Source: Mobula hypostoma (lineage: Eukaryota). Taken from it: a DNA stretch of 64,000 bases. Below are positions 26,316 through 39,933 of the stretch, in pieces (the stretch's first letter is position 1; every line of letters starts with the position of its first letter). The position numbers were made by a program, and so were the translations under genes. The notes under the pieces were generated by a model. It ran no database searches, was not told where the DNA came from, and was given only the letters and a program-made list of their open reading frames with translations. The stretch is taken from NCBI RefSeq assembly GCF_963921235.1, contig NC_086108.1, forward strand, positions 107,324,001-107,388,000. Reading direction: 5' to 3'.

Positions 26316-26734
26316 GGAACTTTCTTCACAGCAGGCAGAAGATACAAAGGCCTGAAAGCCCATCTCTTCATAGTCAAGGACAGCTCTGTTATAAGACTAT
26401 AAAACAGTCCCCTAGTATGGACTCTTGACCTCATTATCTATCTCATTACAGCTAATCAGTTTATTATCTGCACGCACAGCACTTTCTCTGTAACTGTAGC
26501 ACTTTTTTCTGCATTCTGTTATTGTTTTCCCTTGTACCACCTCAGCACACTGATGTGTGAAATGATCTATATGGATGGCATGCAAAGCAAAGTTTCTCAC
26601 TGTAACTCAATAATAAAACAATTTGCTGAGTCAAAACTTCTGGCCTTACTCCCACTCAGATGTCCACATACATAATCTAATCCACAACATCCAGTCCCAT
26701 TTCCCAGAGGTTCTCTCAGTTAAAGATACAGTCA

Positions 26735-28496
26735 ACAGGTTGAGTTGTTCAGACCAAACATTAGAATAAGGAACACGCACAAAATTCAGCAGGCCAGGCA
26801 GCACCTATGGAAAAGAGCACAGTCGATGTTTCGGGCCGAGACCCCGCAGTAGGACTGGAGAAAGAAAACTGAGGAGTAGATTGAAAAGGTGGAGGAAGGT
26901 GAGGGAGAAACACAAGGTGATAGGTGAAACCAGGAGGGGGAGGGATGAAGTAAAGAGCTGGGAAGTTGATTGGTGAAAGAGATACAGGGCTGGAGAACGC
27001 AAACAACAGGAATTCTGCAGATGCTGGAAATTCAAGCAACACACATCAAAGTTGCTGGTGAACTCAGCAGGCCAGGCAGCATCTCTAGGAAGAGGTACAG
27101 TCAACGTTTCAGGCCAAGACCCTTCGTCGGGACAGGGCTGGGGAAGGTGGGGTCTGATAGGTGAGGGCAGAAGGCCATGGAAGAAAAGGAGGAGAAGCAC
27201 CAGAGGGAGGCGATGGACAGGCAAGGAGATAAGGTGAGAAAGGCAAGAGGGGATGGGGAATGGTGAAGGGGGGGGGTGGAGGGTGGCATTACTGGAAGTT
27301 CAAGAAATCGATGTTCATACCATCAGATTGCAGGGTACCCAGACAGAATATACGGTGTTGCTCCTCCAACCTGAGTGTGGCCTCATCGCGGCAATAGAGG
27401 AGGCCATGGACTGACATATCGGAATGGGAATGGGAAGTGGAGTTAAAATGGGTGGCCACTGGGGGATCCCACTTTTTCTGGTGCTCAGTGAAGTGGTCTC
27501 ACAATCTACGTCAGGTCTCACCGATGTACAGGAGGCCACACCGGTAGCACCAGACACAGTGTATGACCCCAGCAGACTCACAGGTGAAGTGTCGCCTCAC
27601 CTGGAAGGACTGTTTGGGACCCTGGGTAGTAGTGATGGAGAAGGTGTAGCACTTGTTCCGCTTGCAAGGATAAGTGCCCCCCTCTCCTTCACCATTCCAC
27701 ATCCGCTTTTCCCTCTCTTGCCTTATCTCCTTGCCCACCCGTCACCTCCCTCGGGTGCTCCTCCCCCCTTTTCTTTCTTCCATGGCTTTCTGTCCTCTCC
27801 TATCAGACTTCCCCCACCTTCTAAATCTACTCCTCAGCTTCCTTTCTCCAGTCCTGCTGAACGGTCTCAACCCGAAACATTGACTGTACTCTTTTCCAAA
27901 GATGCTGCCTGGCCCGCTCAGTTTTTCCAGCTTTTTGTGCGTGTTGCTCGGATTTCCAGCATCTGCAGATTCTCTCTTGCTTGTGATTAGAATAAGGAAG
28001 AAATGTGATCTAAGTGACCTTGACCATGGAATGATTATTGATGCTAGACGGGGTGGTTTGAGTATCTCAGAAACTGCTGATCTCTTGGGATTTTCTTGCA
28101 CAATACTCAAAGTATTCACAGAGAAAGGTGCAAAAAACAAAATCAAAAACTTGATGAGTAAAGTTCAGTAAACCAAATCACTTTGTTAATGAGAGAGATC
28201 AGAGGAGATTAGCCAGAGAGGTTCAATTTGACAGGAAGGCAACAGTAACTCTAGTAACCATGTGTTACAACAATGGTTTGCACAAGAGTATCTCCGAATG
28301 TACAACAGATTGAACCTTGGAGTGGATGGGCTACAGCAGCAGATGTTGGTGTACCAAACAGGTGTCCTGAAGAAAGGCCTCACCCAAAGGGACAACTGTT
28401 TACTCTTTTCCATAGATGCTGTCTGTCTTGCTGAGTGTCTCCAGCATTTTGTGTGTGCTACCTAATAGGTATGCCTAATAAAGTGGCCACTGTCTG
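26735..28496 (+). mobile_element. Tc1/mariner relic interrupted by Penelope insertions
   Basis: IRKKCDLSDLDHGMIIDARRGGLSISETADLLGFS at 27990-28100; right TIR CTAATAAAGTGGCCACTGTCTG|TA; left part resumes at 26735-26773. Confidence 0.8.
26774..27985. mobile_element. Inverted (tail-out) Penelope composite with 14-bp TSD
   Basis: Minus arm with GIY-YIG FTCESAGVIHCVWCYRCGLLYIGET (27511..27738) joined to plus arm; ATTAGAATAAGGAA at 26760-26773 and 27986-27999. Confidence 0.88.
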
Positions 28497-29249
28497 TAAG
28501 ATGTTGAAGAAAAGCAAGCAAGCTATCTCTGTTGGCCCAGCTAATACAAGATTCGAGATTCAGGTTTATTTGTCACGTGTACATCAAAACAAAACATGCA
28601 GTGAAATGCATTGTTTTGTATGAACAACCGATACACCTGCGGGTACTGAGGGCAGCTCGCAAGTGTTGCCACGCATCCCGGAGCCAACTTACAAGCCCAC
28701 AATGTCTGGCAGAACAACACAGAACACAAGCCAAAAACAACAGCAAAAGCAAGCCTCATTCCTCCCTCCCTCCCATGCATCCCTAGAGCAGGCCTCCTGC
28801 CTCCTGCCTCCTGCCTCCAGCCTCCAGCCTCCAGCAGGCATGGACTCGGGCCTGCAGACATCGAGCAGGAGGCAGGACCACCCCAGTGGACTCACAGACA
28901 ACGGGCCATGACTTCCGAACTTTTGATTCAACTACTGGGCCTCAATTCATTGGCCAATCAGTCTACAAGACATATCCAATCGAAACCAAATAGCCATTAC
29001 ATCTTTGCTGTTTTGTGGGAGCTTGCTTTACCTAAATTAATGGCAGTGTTTTCCAACTTGAAACTGTGGACACACTTCTCAAATTGCTTCACTATTAGTA
29101 AATTCATAGAGTCATTAAGAAGGAGCCATTGAAACAGGCCTTTTGGCTCATTTATTCTGTGCTGATTATCCTCCAGCTATTCACACTAATCCTGCAATAA
29201 TCTCATTTCTTTATCTTCCCACATTTTCATCAGCTCCTCGCAGGTTCCG

Positions 29250-29760
29250 CCATTGTGAGCAGTTCTGGTCATCTACCTGCAGGAATAAAGTGCAAGGAAT
29301 ACAGAGAAAATTCACAAAGATGTTGTCAGGACTCAAGAACCTGAGTTACAGGGAAAGTTTGAATAGGTGTGGACTTTATTCCCTGGAGCATAGAATGAGG
29401 GGAGATTTGATAGAGGTATACAAAATTATGAGGATTGTAGATGTGGTAAATACAAGTAGGCTTTTTCCCCGTAAGGCTAGGTGAGACTAGAACTAGAGGT
29501 CACAGATTAAGGTTGAAAGGTGAAATATTTAAGGGGAACTTTTTCATACAGAGAGGGTGTGAGCATGGACCAAGCTGCCAGTAGAAGTGATGGATATGGG
29601 TTCGCTTTCAACACTTAAGCAAAGTTTGGATAGGTATATGGATAAAGGGTTTGGAGGGATATGGTATGGGAATGGGAAGATGTAGCTTCGTACAGTAACA
29701 GTTTGGCACAGACTAGAAGGGACTGTTTCTGTGCTGTTGTGCTTTATGACTCTATGACTA
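29250..29760 (+). mobile_element. CR1 LINE 3' fragment
   Basis: IQRKFTKMLSGLKNLSYRESLNRCGLYSLEHRMRGDLIEVYKIM (ORF 29143..29484); (TGACTCTA) tail. Confidence 0.85.
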
Positions 29761-29999
29761 TTCACATGCACACCAGGGGCAATTACTGTGGCCAATTAGA
29801 CTATAAATCACACAGTTTTGTGATCTGGGAGGAAAACAGAACATCCAGAAGAAACCCATATGGTCAGGGGGGAACATACAACCTCCACGCTAACACAACC
29901 TGAGGCCAGCATTCACAATCAGTCTAACATTTCCCTACTGCATAGCCCATAATGCTCTATTTTTTTCCTACTTTCATGTGTCTATCTAGGAGGCTTTAA

Positions 30000-30415
30000 C
30001 ACTTTATATTCCATCTGGGTAGCCTCCAGCCTGATAGCATGAATACTGATTTCTCCTTCAGGTAAAAAAAATCCTCCCACTCCTCTCCTTCTATTCCCCA
30101 CTCTGACCTTTTACCTCTTCTCAATTACCAATTACTTACCCCTGGTTCCCTCCTCCTTCCCTTTCTCCTATGGCCCACTCGCTTCTCCTACCAGATTCCT
30201 TCTTTTCCAGTGCTTGAACTTTCCCACCCACCTGGCTTTACCTATCACCTTTTAGCTAGCCTCCTTCCCACCCCACCCCACCTCACCTTTTTATTCTGTC
30301 ATCTTCCCCTTTTCTTCTCAGTCCTGAAGAAAGGTCTAAGCCAAAAAGGTCGATGATCTACTCATTTCCATAGAGGCCGCCTGACCTGTTGAGCTCCTCC
30401 AGCATTTCGTGTGCC
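30000..30415 (+). mobile_element. Penelope-like 3' fragment (older)
   Basis: ATATTCCATCTGGGTAGCCTCCAGCCTGAT start, pyrimidine tract, decayed hammerhead CAGTCCTGAAGAAAGG and terminal motif. Confidence 0.8.
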
Positions 30416-31349
30416 AGTCTTTTAAATGTCCTTAATGCATCAGACTCTATCACCACCCTTGTAAGCGCGTTCCATTCTCCCACAAATTTCTGCATGAAAA
30501 GGAACTATGTCTGGCATCTCACCTAAACACTCTTCCATTCACCTTAAAGAGATGAGCTCTGGTATTGGCCATTGACACCTTGAGAAAAAGGTTCTGGCTA
30601 TTCACTCCAACTCTGCCTCTCATAAATTTATATACAATCTAGTATAGGTTGTGGAACGAATACCAACCGAATTCACAGAGGAACTCTCATTGCAAACCAC
30701 CCTGGGAACTCTTACATTAATCCGAACAGAGTACTTTTGGTTCAGTCTTTCTTTCGGCAAACGACACCTTCGCAGGAGGCTTCATGATAAACACCCCTGT
30801 GCAGCACTGATTAGCAAATTTGAGTATTAAGACTTTGTATTTTGCTTAGATACAGTCTCTGCAAAATCCCATAAAATTATGGGGAAAGATGTCATGGTTC
30901 AAATTAACAAAATGCTTAATAAAATAAAAGAATTGATAAAGAGGGATTTCTCTATGGTGGTGGGGGGGAGGAGCATCTATCACGCAGACAAACTGCTCCA
31001 GCCTTTTCATCCGTAAACATGGACCAAACCAAACATGGAATACAAGATTAACCCTTTATCTCCCAATTCCTTGTATTTTATTGGTCTGCCTACTCTGCAC
31101 TTTCGGTGTAGCTGGATATTCTGCATTCCGTTTTTTGTTTGTTTAACTCCATCAGTGTTCTTACATGAGGCATGTTCTGCCCAGGTTGTACGCAAACAAC
31201 AGCTTTTCGCTGTTTGACAATGATAAACCAATTACCAATGCAATTCTTTAAGAGGCTCACAGTTAATGTTAATTAAGCTACAAATGTCACAAGCAATGAT
31301 GAATATTTGATGAATATATTCCATAGATGCTGAGTTCCTCCAACATTGC

Positions 31350-31401
<52 letters not shown>

Positions 31402-32385
31402 GTGTTACAGTGAATACTTGGGCAGAAATGACAGTTTATATGGAGAAGTACAGATGCAGTGTTATACATTAAACATTGAACATAGAACTTAGAAGTTAGA
31501 ATATGAAACACATAACAGTACACACAACATAGGAACAGTCCCTTCAGCCCATGGTATCTGTGCTGAACACAATGCCAAATTAAACTAATTCTTGTGCCTG
31601 CACGCAATCCCTATCCCTCAATTTCCTGCACGTTCATGTCTCTATCTACATCCTCTTAAGTACCACCATTGTTCAGATTCATTTATTTGTCACATGTATA
31701 TCAAAACGTACAGTGAAATATGCCTTTTGCATTAACAACAGACACAACCTAAGGATGTGCTGGAGGCAGGCCGCAAGTGTCATCACACATTTCAGCATTA
31801 GCATAGTACGCACACATTGCCCAGCAGAACAACGCAGAACACAACCAGCAACAAAACAACAACAGCAAATGAAGCCCCGCTTCTCTCCCCATCCACCCTC
31901 CCACACAGATGGATGGTCCTCCAAACACAGGACAAGTCTTCGGGTCACTTCTCTCCAGTCCCAAAGCTTCAGCCACTGGGCTTTGACTTCCGAACTTCCA
32001 ACGGCCTTCGGTATCAACGAGACCCTGAGCACTAGCCCTCATGCCCGAGAACGGCCAACCTGGAACAGCACAACATCCAAAGGGCCTTCAAGTGCGGAGC
32101 AAAAGCTTAGATTCCAAATGTTGTCCCATGTCCACATCACCGGTCTTCAAGGGCAGTGCAGTAGCTTGAACTCAGGATGTCCTTTGTCTACCGTTCACGT
32201 TGCTGGCTTTTGAATGTGCAGCATGGAGCGGAGGCCTAGACTCCAGACTGACCTTTCCGTATCCTTGTCCATAAACCCTAATCTGATCTTGGACTCTGCT
32301 CTCTGTCCCCAAAGCTATCCCTAAGAATGAAAAAAATAACTAAGTCTGAGCCAATTGTGCCTGAACAATAGTGCATATTTTTCCA

Positions 32386-32622
32386 AGCAACACACACAAA
32401 AAGCTGGAAGAGCTCAACAGGCCAAGCAGCATCTGTGAAAAAGAGTAAACAGTCAACACTTTAGGCCAAGACCCTTCTTCAACTGATGAAGGGTCTCAGC
32501 CCGAAACGTCAACTGTTTACTTATTTCCATAGATGCTGACTGGCCTGCTGAGTTCTTCCAGCATTTTGTGTGTGTTGCTCTGGATTTCAGGCATCTGCAG
32601 ATTTTCTTGTGTTTGTGATTGG
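32386..32622. mobile_element. Foldback Penelope mini-insertion, 11-bp TSD
   Basis: Two terminal repeats head to head around 32480; ATATTTTTCCA at 32375-32385 and 32623-32633. Confidence 0.85.
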
Positions 32623-32729
32623 ATATTTTTCCACTTCTGTTAATGTACTGAGATGACAGCCTATGGACAAATTGGTTCCTAGATGGTACACTGCAGGAAC
32701 ATAAAGAAAACAAATATAGAATCTAGTAG

Positions 32730-33225
32730 GAGAGTCTGTGGTGGCCAGTGCTATCATGTTTGCTGTTGTGTGCTGGGGCAGCAGGCTGAGGGTAGCAGAC
32801 ACCAACAGAATCAACAAACTCATTCGTAAGGCCAGTGATGTTGCGGGGATGGAACTGGACTCTCTCATGGTGGTGTCTGAAAAGAGGATGCTGTCCAAGT
32901 TGCGTGCCATCTTGGACAATGTCTCCCATCCACTACATAATGTACTGGGTGGGCACAGGAGTACATTCAGCCAGAGACTCATTCCACCGAGATGCAGCAC
33001 AGAGCGTCATAGGAAGTCATTCCTGCCTGTGGCCATTAAACTTTACAACTCCTCCCTTGGAGGGTCAGACACCCTGAGCCAATAGGCTGGTCCTGGACTT
33101 ATTTCCTGGTATAATTTACATATTACTATTTAACTATTTATGGTTTTATTACTATTTATTATTTATGGAACAACTGTAACGAAAATCCAATTTCCCCCGG
33201 GATCAATAATGACTATGACTATGAC
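32730..33225 (+). mobile_element. Rex1/Babar-type LINE 3' end with (ATGACT)n tail
   Basis: ORF 32738..33085 ending YNSSLGGSDTLSQ; near identical to 48110-48620 and 63357-63710(-). Confidence 0.9.
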
Positions 33226-36089
33226 CTTTGTTGAGAGCATCAAAATAATCTCTGTCCTTGCAATGACAGTCAAAACACTTAACTTTACGTGTTGTGTTAA
33301 TTTTCTTGACTTGAAACTCAGAATTTCAAATATTGATGGACCGTTCTTTGATATACAACACAATGTATTAGAAGCTCTCAACAGGTATGGCGATATCTGT
33401 GGAATATAACAAAGTAAGAAGCAGGAACAGAATGAGTTAGGGCTTTTCTTTTAAGAAAGAAGGAAGATGAGAGGTGACCTGATAGAGGTGTACCAGATGA
33501 TCAGAACAGTTTCACAACGCTGGCATACAGTACGTCATGAAATTTGTTGTTCTGCGGCAGTGGTACAGTGCAATGCATAACATAGAATATAAATTATGGG
33601 TGGCGGGGTGGAAATACATCTCAACCATAGGAAGTGTAAGATGCCCCTTCCCTCCACTAGTCTGCTAGTCGCCCTTGGGCAAGGTGTATCACCTGCTTAG
33701 CCCCCCACCCCCACCTCCAATCAGGGTCACGTGAAGCCATTGGAACAGGTGATGGATGATCGTACGAGCAGCTGATGCATGTTAACAGTCCTGGTTATGT
33801 GACCACTGACGCCAGGCAGACAATCTCTGAAAAGTATTGATAAATATATACACATACATAATCAAATTAATTAAATACAAAAAGAGAGCCAAAAATAGTA
33901 AGGTAATATTCATGAGTTAGTTCATTGTCCATTCAGCAATCTGATGGCTTAGGGGAAGAAGCTGTTCCTAAATCATTGAGTGTGTATCTTCAGGTTCCTG
34001 CACCTCCTACCTGATGGTAGTAATGAGAAGAGGGCATATTCTTGTTGTGTTTTGTAACTCCAAAACTAATGAAAAGAAAAACAAGGGAGTCCACATGTGA
34101 GTCTAACTTTGTTTTTACTTTAAGTAAGGTCACACATATGACAGAGTGGTATGATGGCATTTGCTTTTCTGGGACTGCAGGAAGGGGTTGTAACAGCTCT
34201 GGACACCTTTTTTCACTAACAATCGTCCCTGCCCTCCTCAACTAATCGATGTGTCATCTCCAGATGACATCAAATGCAATCTCTACGGTGTAACAGAGTG
34301 GACCAGCTCTGTCTCTGTTTGTAAATTTCTTTCAGGTATTCCCTTTTCCAAGAGTAAATGGGACAATCCATCAGTATTTCCGTGATTAGTTGTTCTCTCG
34401 TATTCTAGCTTGTGATTGTGTCCTCTAAGAAACAGAGCCCATTTCTGCAATTGAGCTGCTGCTGTTAGTGCCAACCCCTTCTATGGATTGAAAATGATTG
34501 ATGATCAACAATGAGGGTAAACTCTCTCCCATACAAATACTGGTTGAAACAGACTGAAGATCTTTCTGTCAATCTGTGTGCAATTTTTCTCTGCAGTGGT
34601 AAGGGAATGTGATGCAATGGTGATGGGAAGTTCACTTCCATCACTCATAACAGGTGACATGACTGCATCTGTACCATAAGGCGAGGCATCACAGACAAGC
34701 TTCAGTGGTCAATGTGGATTATAATGTGTGAGCACAGTGCCTGATGTCACCATTACCTTTCCGAAAGCCACCTCAGATTGCTTTGTCCATTGCCATTACT
34801 TCCCAATCTGTAGTAATGAGTTTAAGGTGTGGAGCACGATAGCCAGGTTTGGCAGGAATCTGTTATAGTAATTGACAAATCCCGGAAAGGACCGCATCCA
34901 ACTGTGACACACCCTTTGGCCTTGGGGCATCCACCACTGCTTGAATTTTCCCACCACACTTGTGTGTTGATGGTGTGACCACAGTAATCGATCCTTGGGT
35001 TAAAGAATTCACACTTGTTGCATCATGCCTGAGCCCATAATCTTTTTAAAACTGACTTGAGATTTAGGAGATGTTCCTTGCAATCCTTACTGGTAACAAT
35101 GATGTCATCCAGGTGACACTGAGTGCCTGGACAACCTTGCAGCACCCGGTCCATAGCCTTCTGCCAGAGTGCAAGTGCAGATGGGACAGCAAAACAATAA
35201 GCCTATTATAGTGATACTGCCCTTTGTGAGTATTTATGGTGAGAAACACTTTGGATGCTTCTTGCATCTCCATCCGTAGGTAGGTCTCAACTAAGTCCAT
35301 CTTGCTGAAGTGTTTTCCTCTAGAAAGGTTTGAAAAGATACCCTCTATCCTGGGTAGGGGGTATTTATCTATTTTCAGCACTGAGTTGATGATGACTTTA
35401 AAATCACTACAGTTTGGAGCTTGAAGACTCGTACGGCCAGATTTGGAAACAGCTTCTTTCCAACTGTGATAAGACTGCTGAACAGATCCTGACCCGGATC
35501 TGGGCCGTACCCTCCAAATATCCAGACCTGCCTCTCAGTTTTTTTGCACTACCTTACTTCCCATTTTTCTATTTTCTATTTATGATTTATAATTTAAGTT
35601 TTTAATATTTACTATTGATTCATACTCCAGGGAGCGAGAAGCGCAGAATCAAATATTGCTGTGATGATTGTATGCTCTAATATCAATTGTTTGGCGACAA
35701 TGAAGTATAAAATATCCAGACAGACCCATTCTTTTTGGCTATTGGGACCATTGGCACTATCCACGGGCTCCACTCAACCTTGGAAAGAATTCCTTCAGAC
35801 TTCATGCAATCTAGCCCACTGGCTACTTTATCATGGACAGTGTAAGGAACCGGAAAGGCTTTGGAAAACTTTGGTATGGCATTTTCATTTAACACTACTT
35901 TACCCTTGATATGTTTGAGTTTTCCAATGCCATTCTTGACCACTGCTGCGACATCATCCAGTACCTCTCCTAATTCACTTTCAATTGATTCTATTGCAGG
36001 GGATATGGCATGCAAATCATGGGTAGATCTACAATCAAGTTGTAGTTGTCTCAGCCAGTCATGTACCCACAACACTGAACCTCCTGATT

Positions 36090-36748
36090 TTAGATTATGA
36101 GAACACTCAGTCCTCTTTCATTGTCATTTAGAAACACCTACATGCATTAAGAAATGATACAATGTTTCTCCGGCGTGATATCACAGAAAACAGGACAAAC
36201 CAAAGACTAACACTGACAAAACCACATAATTATAACATATAGTTACAGCAGTGCAAGTAATACCATAATTTGATGAAGAACAGTCCATAGGCACAGTAAA
36301 AAAAATAGTCTCAAAGTCTCCGAGTCGATTGACTCCCGAGTTCCTGATAACAGCGGCAAAAGGGAGAAACTCCCTGCCATAAACCTCCAGGCACCGTCAA
36401 CTTGACGATACCTTGGAAGCAGCTGACCACAGCCGACCCTGAGTCCATCCGTCCGAAAACTCCGAGTTTCCGAGCCTCTCCAATACAGCCTCCCGAGCGC
36501 CATCCTCTGCCGAGCGCCTTCGACTTTTCCCCGGCCGCTGAAGCACGCAAAGTCGAGGATTTCGAGGCCTTCAGCTCCAGAGATTCTGGTTACCACACAG
36601 TAGCAGCGGTAGCAAAGCAGACATTTCAGAAGTTTTCCAGAAGTTCCACTATGCACTCACGTCTGTCTCCATCAAATCAGAATTGTGCACGGTCCCCTAC
36701 TTGACAGATAACAGATATTCATCACCGGAGAGGCCGTGCGCGCTGCCA
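36090..36748 (-). mobile_element. Non-coding retroposon family A, copy 2 (nested in Gypsy pol)
   Basis: Homology to copies 1, 3 and 4; interrupts the protease-RT junction. Confidence 0.85.
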
Positions 36749-36948
36749 CATACAAACCAAATGTGGCTTGTTGGCTGTTGGATTTCACTGTTACAAGTGT
36801 CCTTCCCACAGGAGTTATCGGTTCAGTATCTTTGTAATGCCATTCAAACACATTTTGTGGAATGACTGAAACAGCCAGGCCAGTGTCCAACTCCAATTTA
36901 ATTAATTTGCCATTCACTTCTGCTGTAAACCATATTGCTTGTCTATTG

Positions 36949-37655
36949 TGTAAGGGGTTTCTTCTTTTATGTTACTGTGTATGTTAATCAAAATGGCTTC
37001 TTGGTTATGTTAAATGCTGAGGAAGTCTCCAGCTAGCGCTTTGCTTGGGTTATAACAGATAATAGAGTAAATGAACCAATGGGTGTCCATGTTATTCTTT
37101 CTTGGGGTGATAATGCTGTCAAATATGGCTGGGATCCAGGGGGTTTTGGCGGGGAGTTGGAGGAGAGACCGTGAGGACGATCATACGGCTGGGATGCAGG
37201 GGGTTTTGGCGGGGAGTTGGAGGAGAGACGGTGAGGACGATCATATGGCTGGGACCCAGGGGGTTTTGGCGGGGAGTTGGAGAGACCGTGAGGACGACGG
37301 ACGTGGGGGAAAGCTCAGGTTGATTACTCCGAGTGGTCCCAAGCTGCGAGTCGAAGGGGTCAGAGTGGTCCCGAAGAGGGTCCTGAGCTCCAACGTGTGC
37401 GCGAAGAAATTGAACTCTGATAAGTCTGGCGCCTTTTCCATCCCTTTGTTTGTATTGAACTTCTATTAATCTCATAGACTTAGTAATATCTATAAAGTGT
37501 AATTGGTAAAACGTACAGTGTGTGCTGGCTGATGATTGATGCTTGAAGCTGAATCAGCTGGCATTTGTACAGCAACCGACATAACCAGGAGACAAGGTGG
37601 GCGGCAGACAGGGTTTCCCCTAGATAAACACGAGCCAATATAGCTGAGCGTTACA
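36949..37655 (+). mobile_element. Solo LTR with internal 60-bp tandem repeat, nested in Gypsy
   Basis: TGTAA...TTACA termini; 4-bp flanks ATTG/ATTA; TGAGCTCCAAC motif shared with the other two LTRs. Confidence 0.85.
37124..37298 (+). repeat. ~60-bp tandem repeat x3
   Basis: Unit TATGGCTGGGATCCAGGGGGTTTTGGCGGGGAGTTGGAGGAGAGACCGTGAGGACGATCA; third copy slightly shorter. Confidence 0.95.
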
Positions 37656-39170
37656 ATTATCATTTTCCACATTGTAAATTTTAAGGCTACTGAGTCCCGT
37701 CTCACTTTCATCATTATCAGATTATCAGATAGCATGGAGATTAATCCAATCACAAACAAGAGAAAATCTGCAAATGTTGGAAATCTGAGAAACACGTACA
37801 AAGTGCTGGAGAAACTCAGCAGGTCAGGCAGCATCGTTTTGATACTTCAAGCCGAGATTCTTCATAAGAACATAAGAACATACGAAACAGGAGCAGAAGT
37901 AGACCATCTGGCCTATCGAGCTCCTCCACCATTCAATAAGATTGTGGCTGATCTGGCCATGGACTCATCTCCACCTGCCTGCCTTTTTCCCATAATCATT
38001 AATTTTCCTACTATGTAAAAAAAAAATCATGCAGATTGGTGCTCTTTTTGAAACTGCAACTTGGCTTTTCCCATCTCTTCCCCAAGCAGTCCATTTATTT
38101 TTTTCTGCCCAATATGCTTTTTGTATGTGTTCTACCTTGTTGCATTTTCTGCAAGTTTCACCTTTAAACATGCATTGGTCTGGTGTATGTGAGCTCCTGT
38201 CACAACGGTAACACAATTTGTGCTGCCTGGCTAGATTCTGTTTAGACATTGCAATTTCGCTCATGCTCAGTTTCATTTCTGATTGCAACTCAATTGCCTC
38301 TTTGACTGCAGTTTCCATTATACAGCTGTTTCAACAGCTCTTTTAAATTTAAGTTGTGCTTCAGATAGGAGCCACTTTTTAATGTTTTCTTGTAAGATTT
38401 CACAAACTAGATGATCTTTCGAAATGTGATTAATCCCATCACTGAAGTGACTTTGCTTAGACTTTTTCAAATTTAGCCAAGTAAGCTGAAATGGACTCTT
38501 TTTGCTTTTGATTCCGCTGATGAAACTTAAAGCATTCCGCAATCAATAATAGTATTGGTTCTAATGTTCCTGTGTTACTTTCACAATATCATCAAAGCTC
38601 ATTTTGGCTGGCTTGGTTAGGTCAGTCAAACTTTGAAACAACTGTGTGTCTTTAAACCCAATGCACTCAAAAAATTGGCACTCGCTTCCCACTGGATATT
38701 TCATTTGCTTTATAATACTGCTCTATTTGCTCAGTATACAAAATCCAGTCATATCTTGTGCCATTGAACACGTCTGCCTTTCTGATGTAGCCAGCCATTT
38801 CTCACGATTCATGAATCTGTGAATTTGTCTGTTTTCTGCTTTTGTTTTAAACTTGACCATGTGCTCTTCTGAAGAAACTATACACTGCCCTTTTTTTTTA
38901 ACTCGAACACTCGTTGTGCTTCAACAGGTAGGTAGTCATCTCGGGTTCTTTTAAAACTTCCTTGTTGCCGCTGTTATGTTTTGGAACACCACAGCATAAA
39001 ACTAATTAGAAGAAAAACAAGGGAATCTGTAGCCCGATTCTAACTTCATTTTTATTTTAAGTAAGGTGTCCACGTATGATGTGCTGGCACAATGACATAC
39101 AGTATGCCATTCATGTACCTTTACATATAGTCCATAATGAATTACTTAAACAAGAATGCTTAGATTTTAG

Positions 39171-39838
39171 ATTAGACTATGAGGACACACAGTCGTCTTT
39201 TATTGTCATTTAGTAATGCATGCATTAAGAAATGATACAATGTTCCTCCGGTGTGATATCACAGAAACACAAGGCAGACCAAGACTGAAAAACTGACAAA
39301 AACCACATAATTATAATGTATAGTTACAACAGTGCAAGCAACACCGTAACTTGATGAACAGGCCATGGGCATAGTAAAAAAAAGTTCAAAGTCTCTCGAA
39401 AGTCCCATGCTCTCACGCAGATGGGACAAGGAAGAAAACTCTTCCTGCCATGAGCCTTCCAGTGCCACAAACTTGCCAATACAGCATCCTGGAAGCACCC
39501 GACCACAGTCCGACTCTGAGTCGTCCGAAAACTTTGAGCCTCCAACCAGCCCTTCGACACCGAGCACCATCTCTGCCGAGCATTTTGACCCCAGCCCCGG
39601 CCGCCAGCAACAGGCAAAGCCGAGGATTTGGGGCCTACCCTCCGGAGATTCTCGATTGCACAGCAGCAGCGGCAGTGAACCGGGCATTTCAGAAGTTTCT
39701 CCAGATGTTCCTCTGTGCTTCTCACGTCTGTCTCCATCAAATCAGAATTGTGCATGGCCCCCTCTTTAACAAATACAATATCATTTCACCAGAGAGACCG
39801 CGCACGCTGCATCGCGCCGCCATCTTCTCCTCCCGCCT
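39171..39838 (-). mobile_element. Non-coding retroposon family A, copy 3 (nested in Gypsy 5' LTR)
   Basis: Minus-strand 5' end GGCGGGAGGAGAAGATGGCGGCGCG; 3' AATAAA and (TCTAA)n tail. Confidence 0.88.
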
Positions 39839-39933
39839 CAATTAATCAGTGTATTTATAATATTATTCAAATATTACTGGAATATTAAATACACAACAGT
39901 CCTGGGTGATGGGGCAACTTAATGATCGATGCT

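Larger units (their letters stand above)
34043..39898 (-). mobile_element. Gypsy LTR retrotransposon (K02A2.6-like), decayed, integrase deleted, several nested insertions
   Basis: Gag start MAGYIRKAD at 38798; zinc knuckles CYRCDRSSHTPDQC/CRKCNKVEH (37965..38318); protease LELDTGLAVSVI (36672..36917); RT YPLPRIE..FSKMDL..LTINTHKG (35064..35381) and LDDIIV; RNase H LVCDASPYG (~34680) and HGNTDGLS; homologous LTR starts at 34043 and 38972; decayed TGGCGACGAGG-type PBS at ~38960-38971. Confidence 0.9.

Noticed and set aside
37071..37475. Repetitive ORFs and CRISPR-like appearance
   Set aside because: Head-to-tail tandem repeat without unique spacers, inside an LTR; eukaryotic context and no cas genes.
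39259..39845. Overlapping 130-143 aa ORFs in family A
   Set aside because: Frames are not preserved among the four copies; explained by GC-rich composition.
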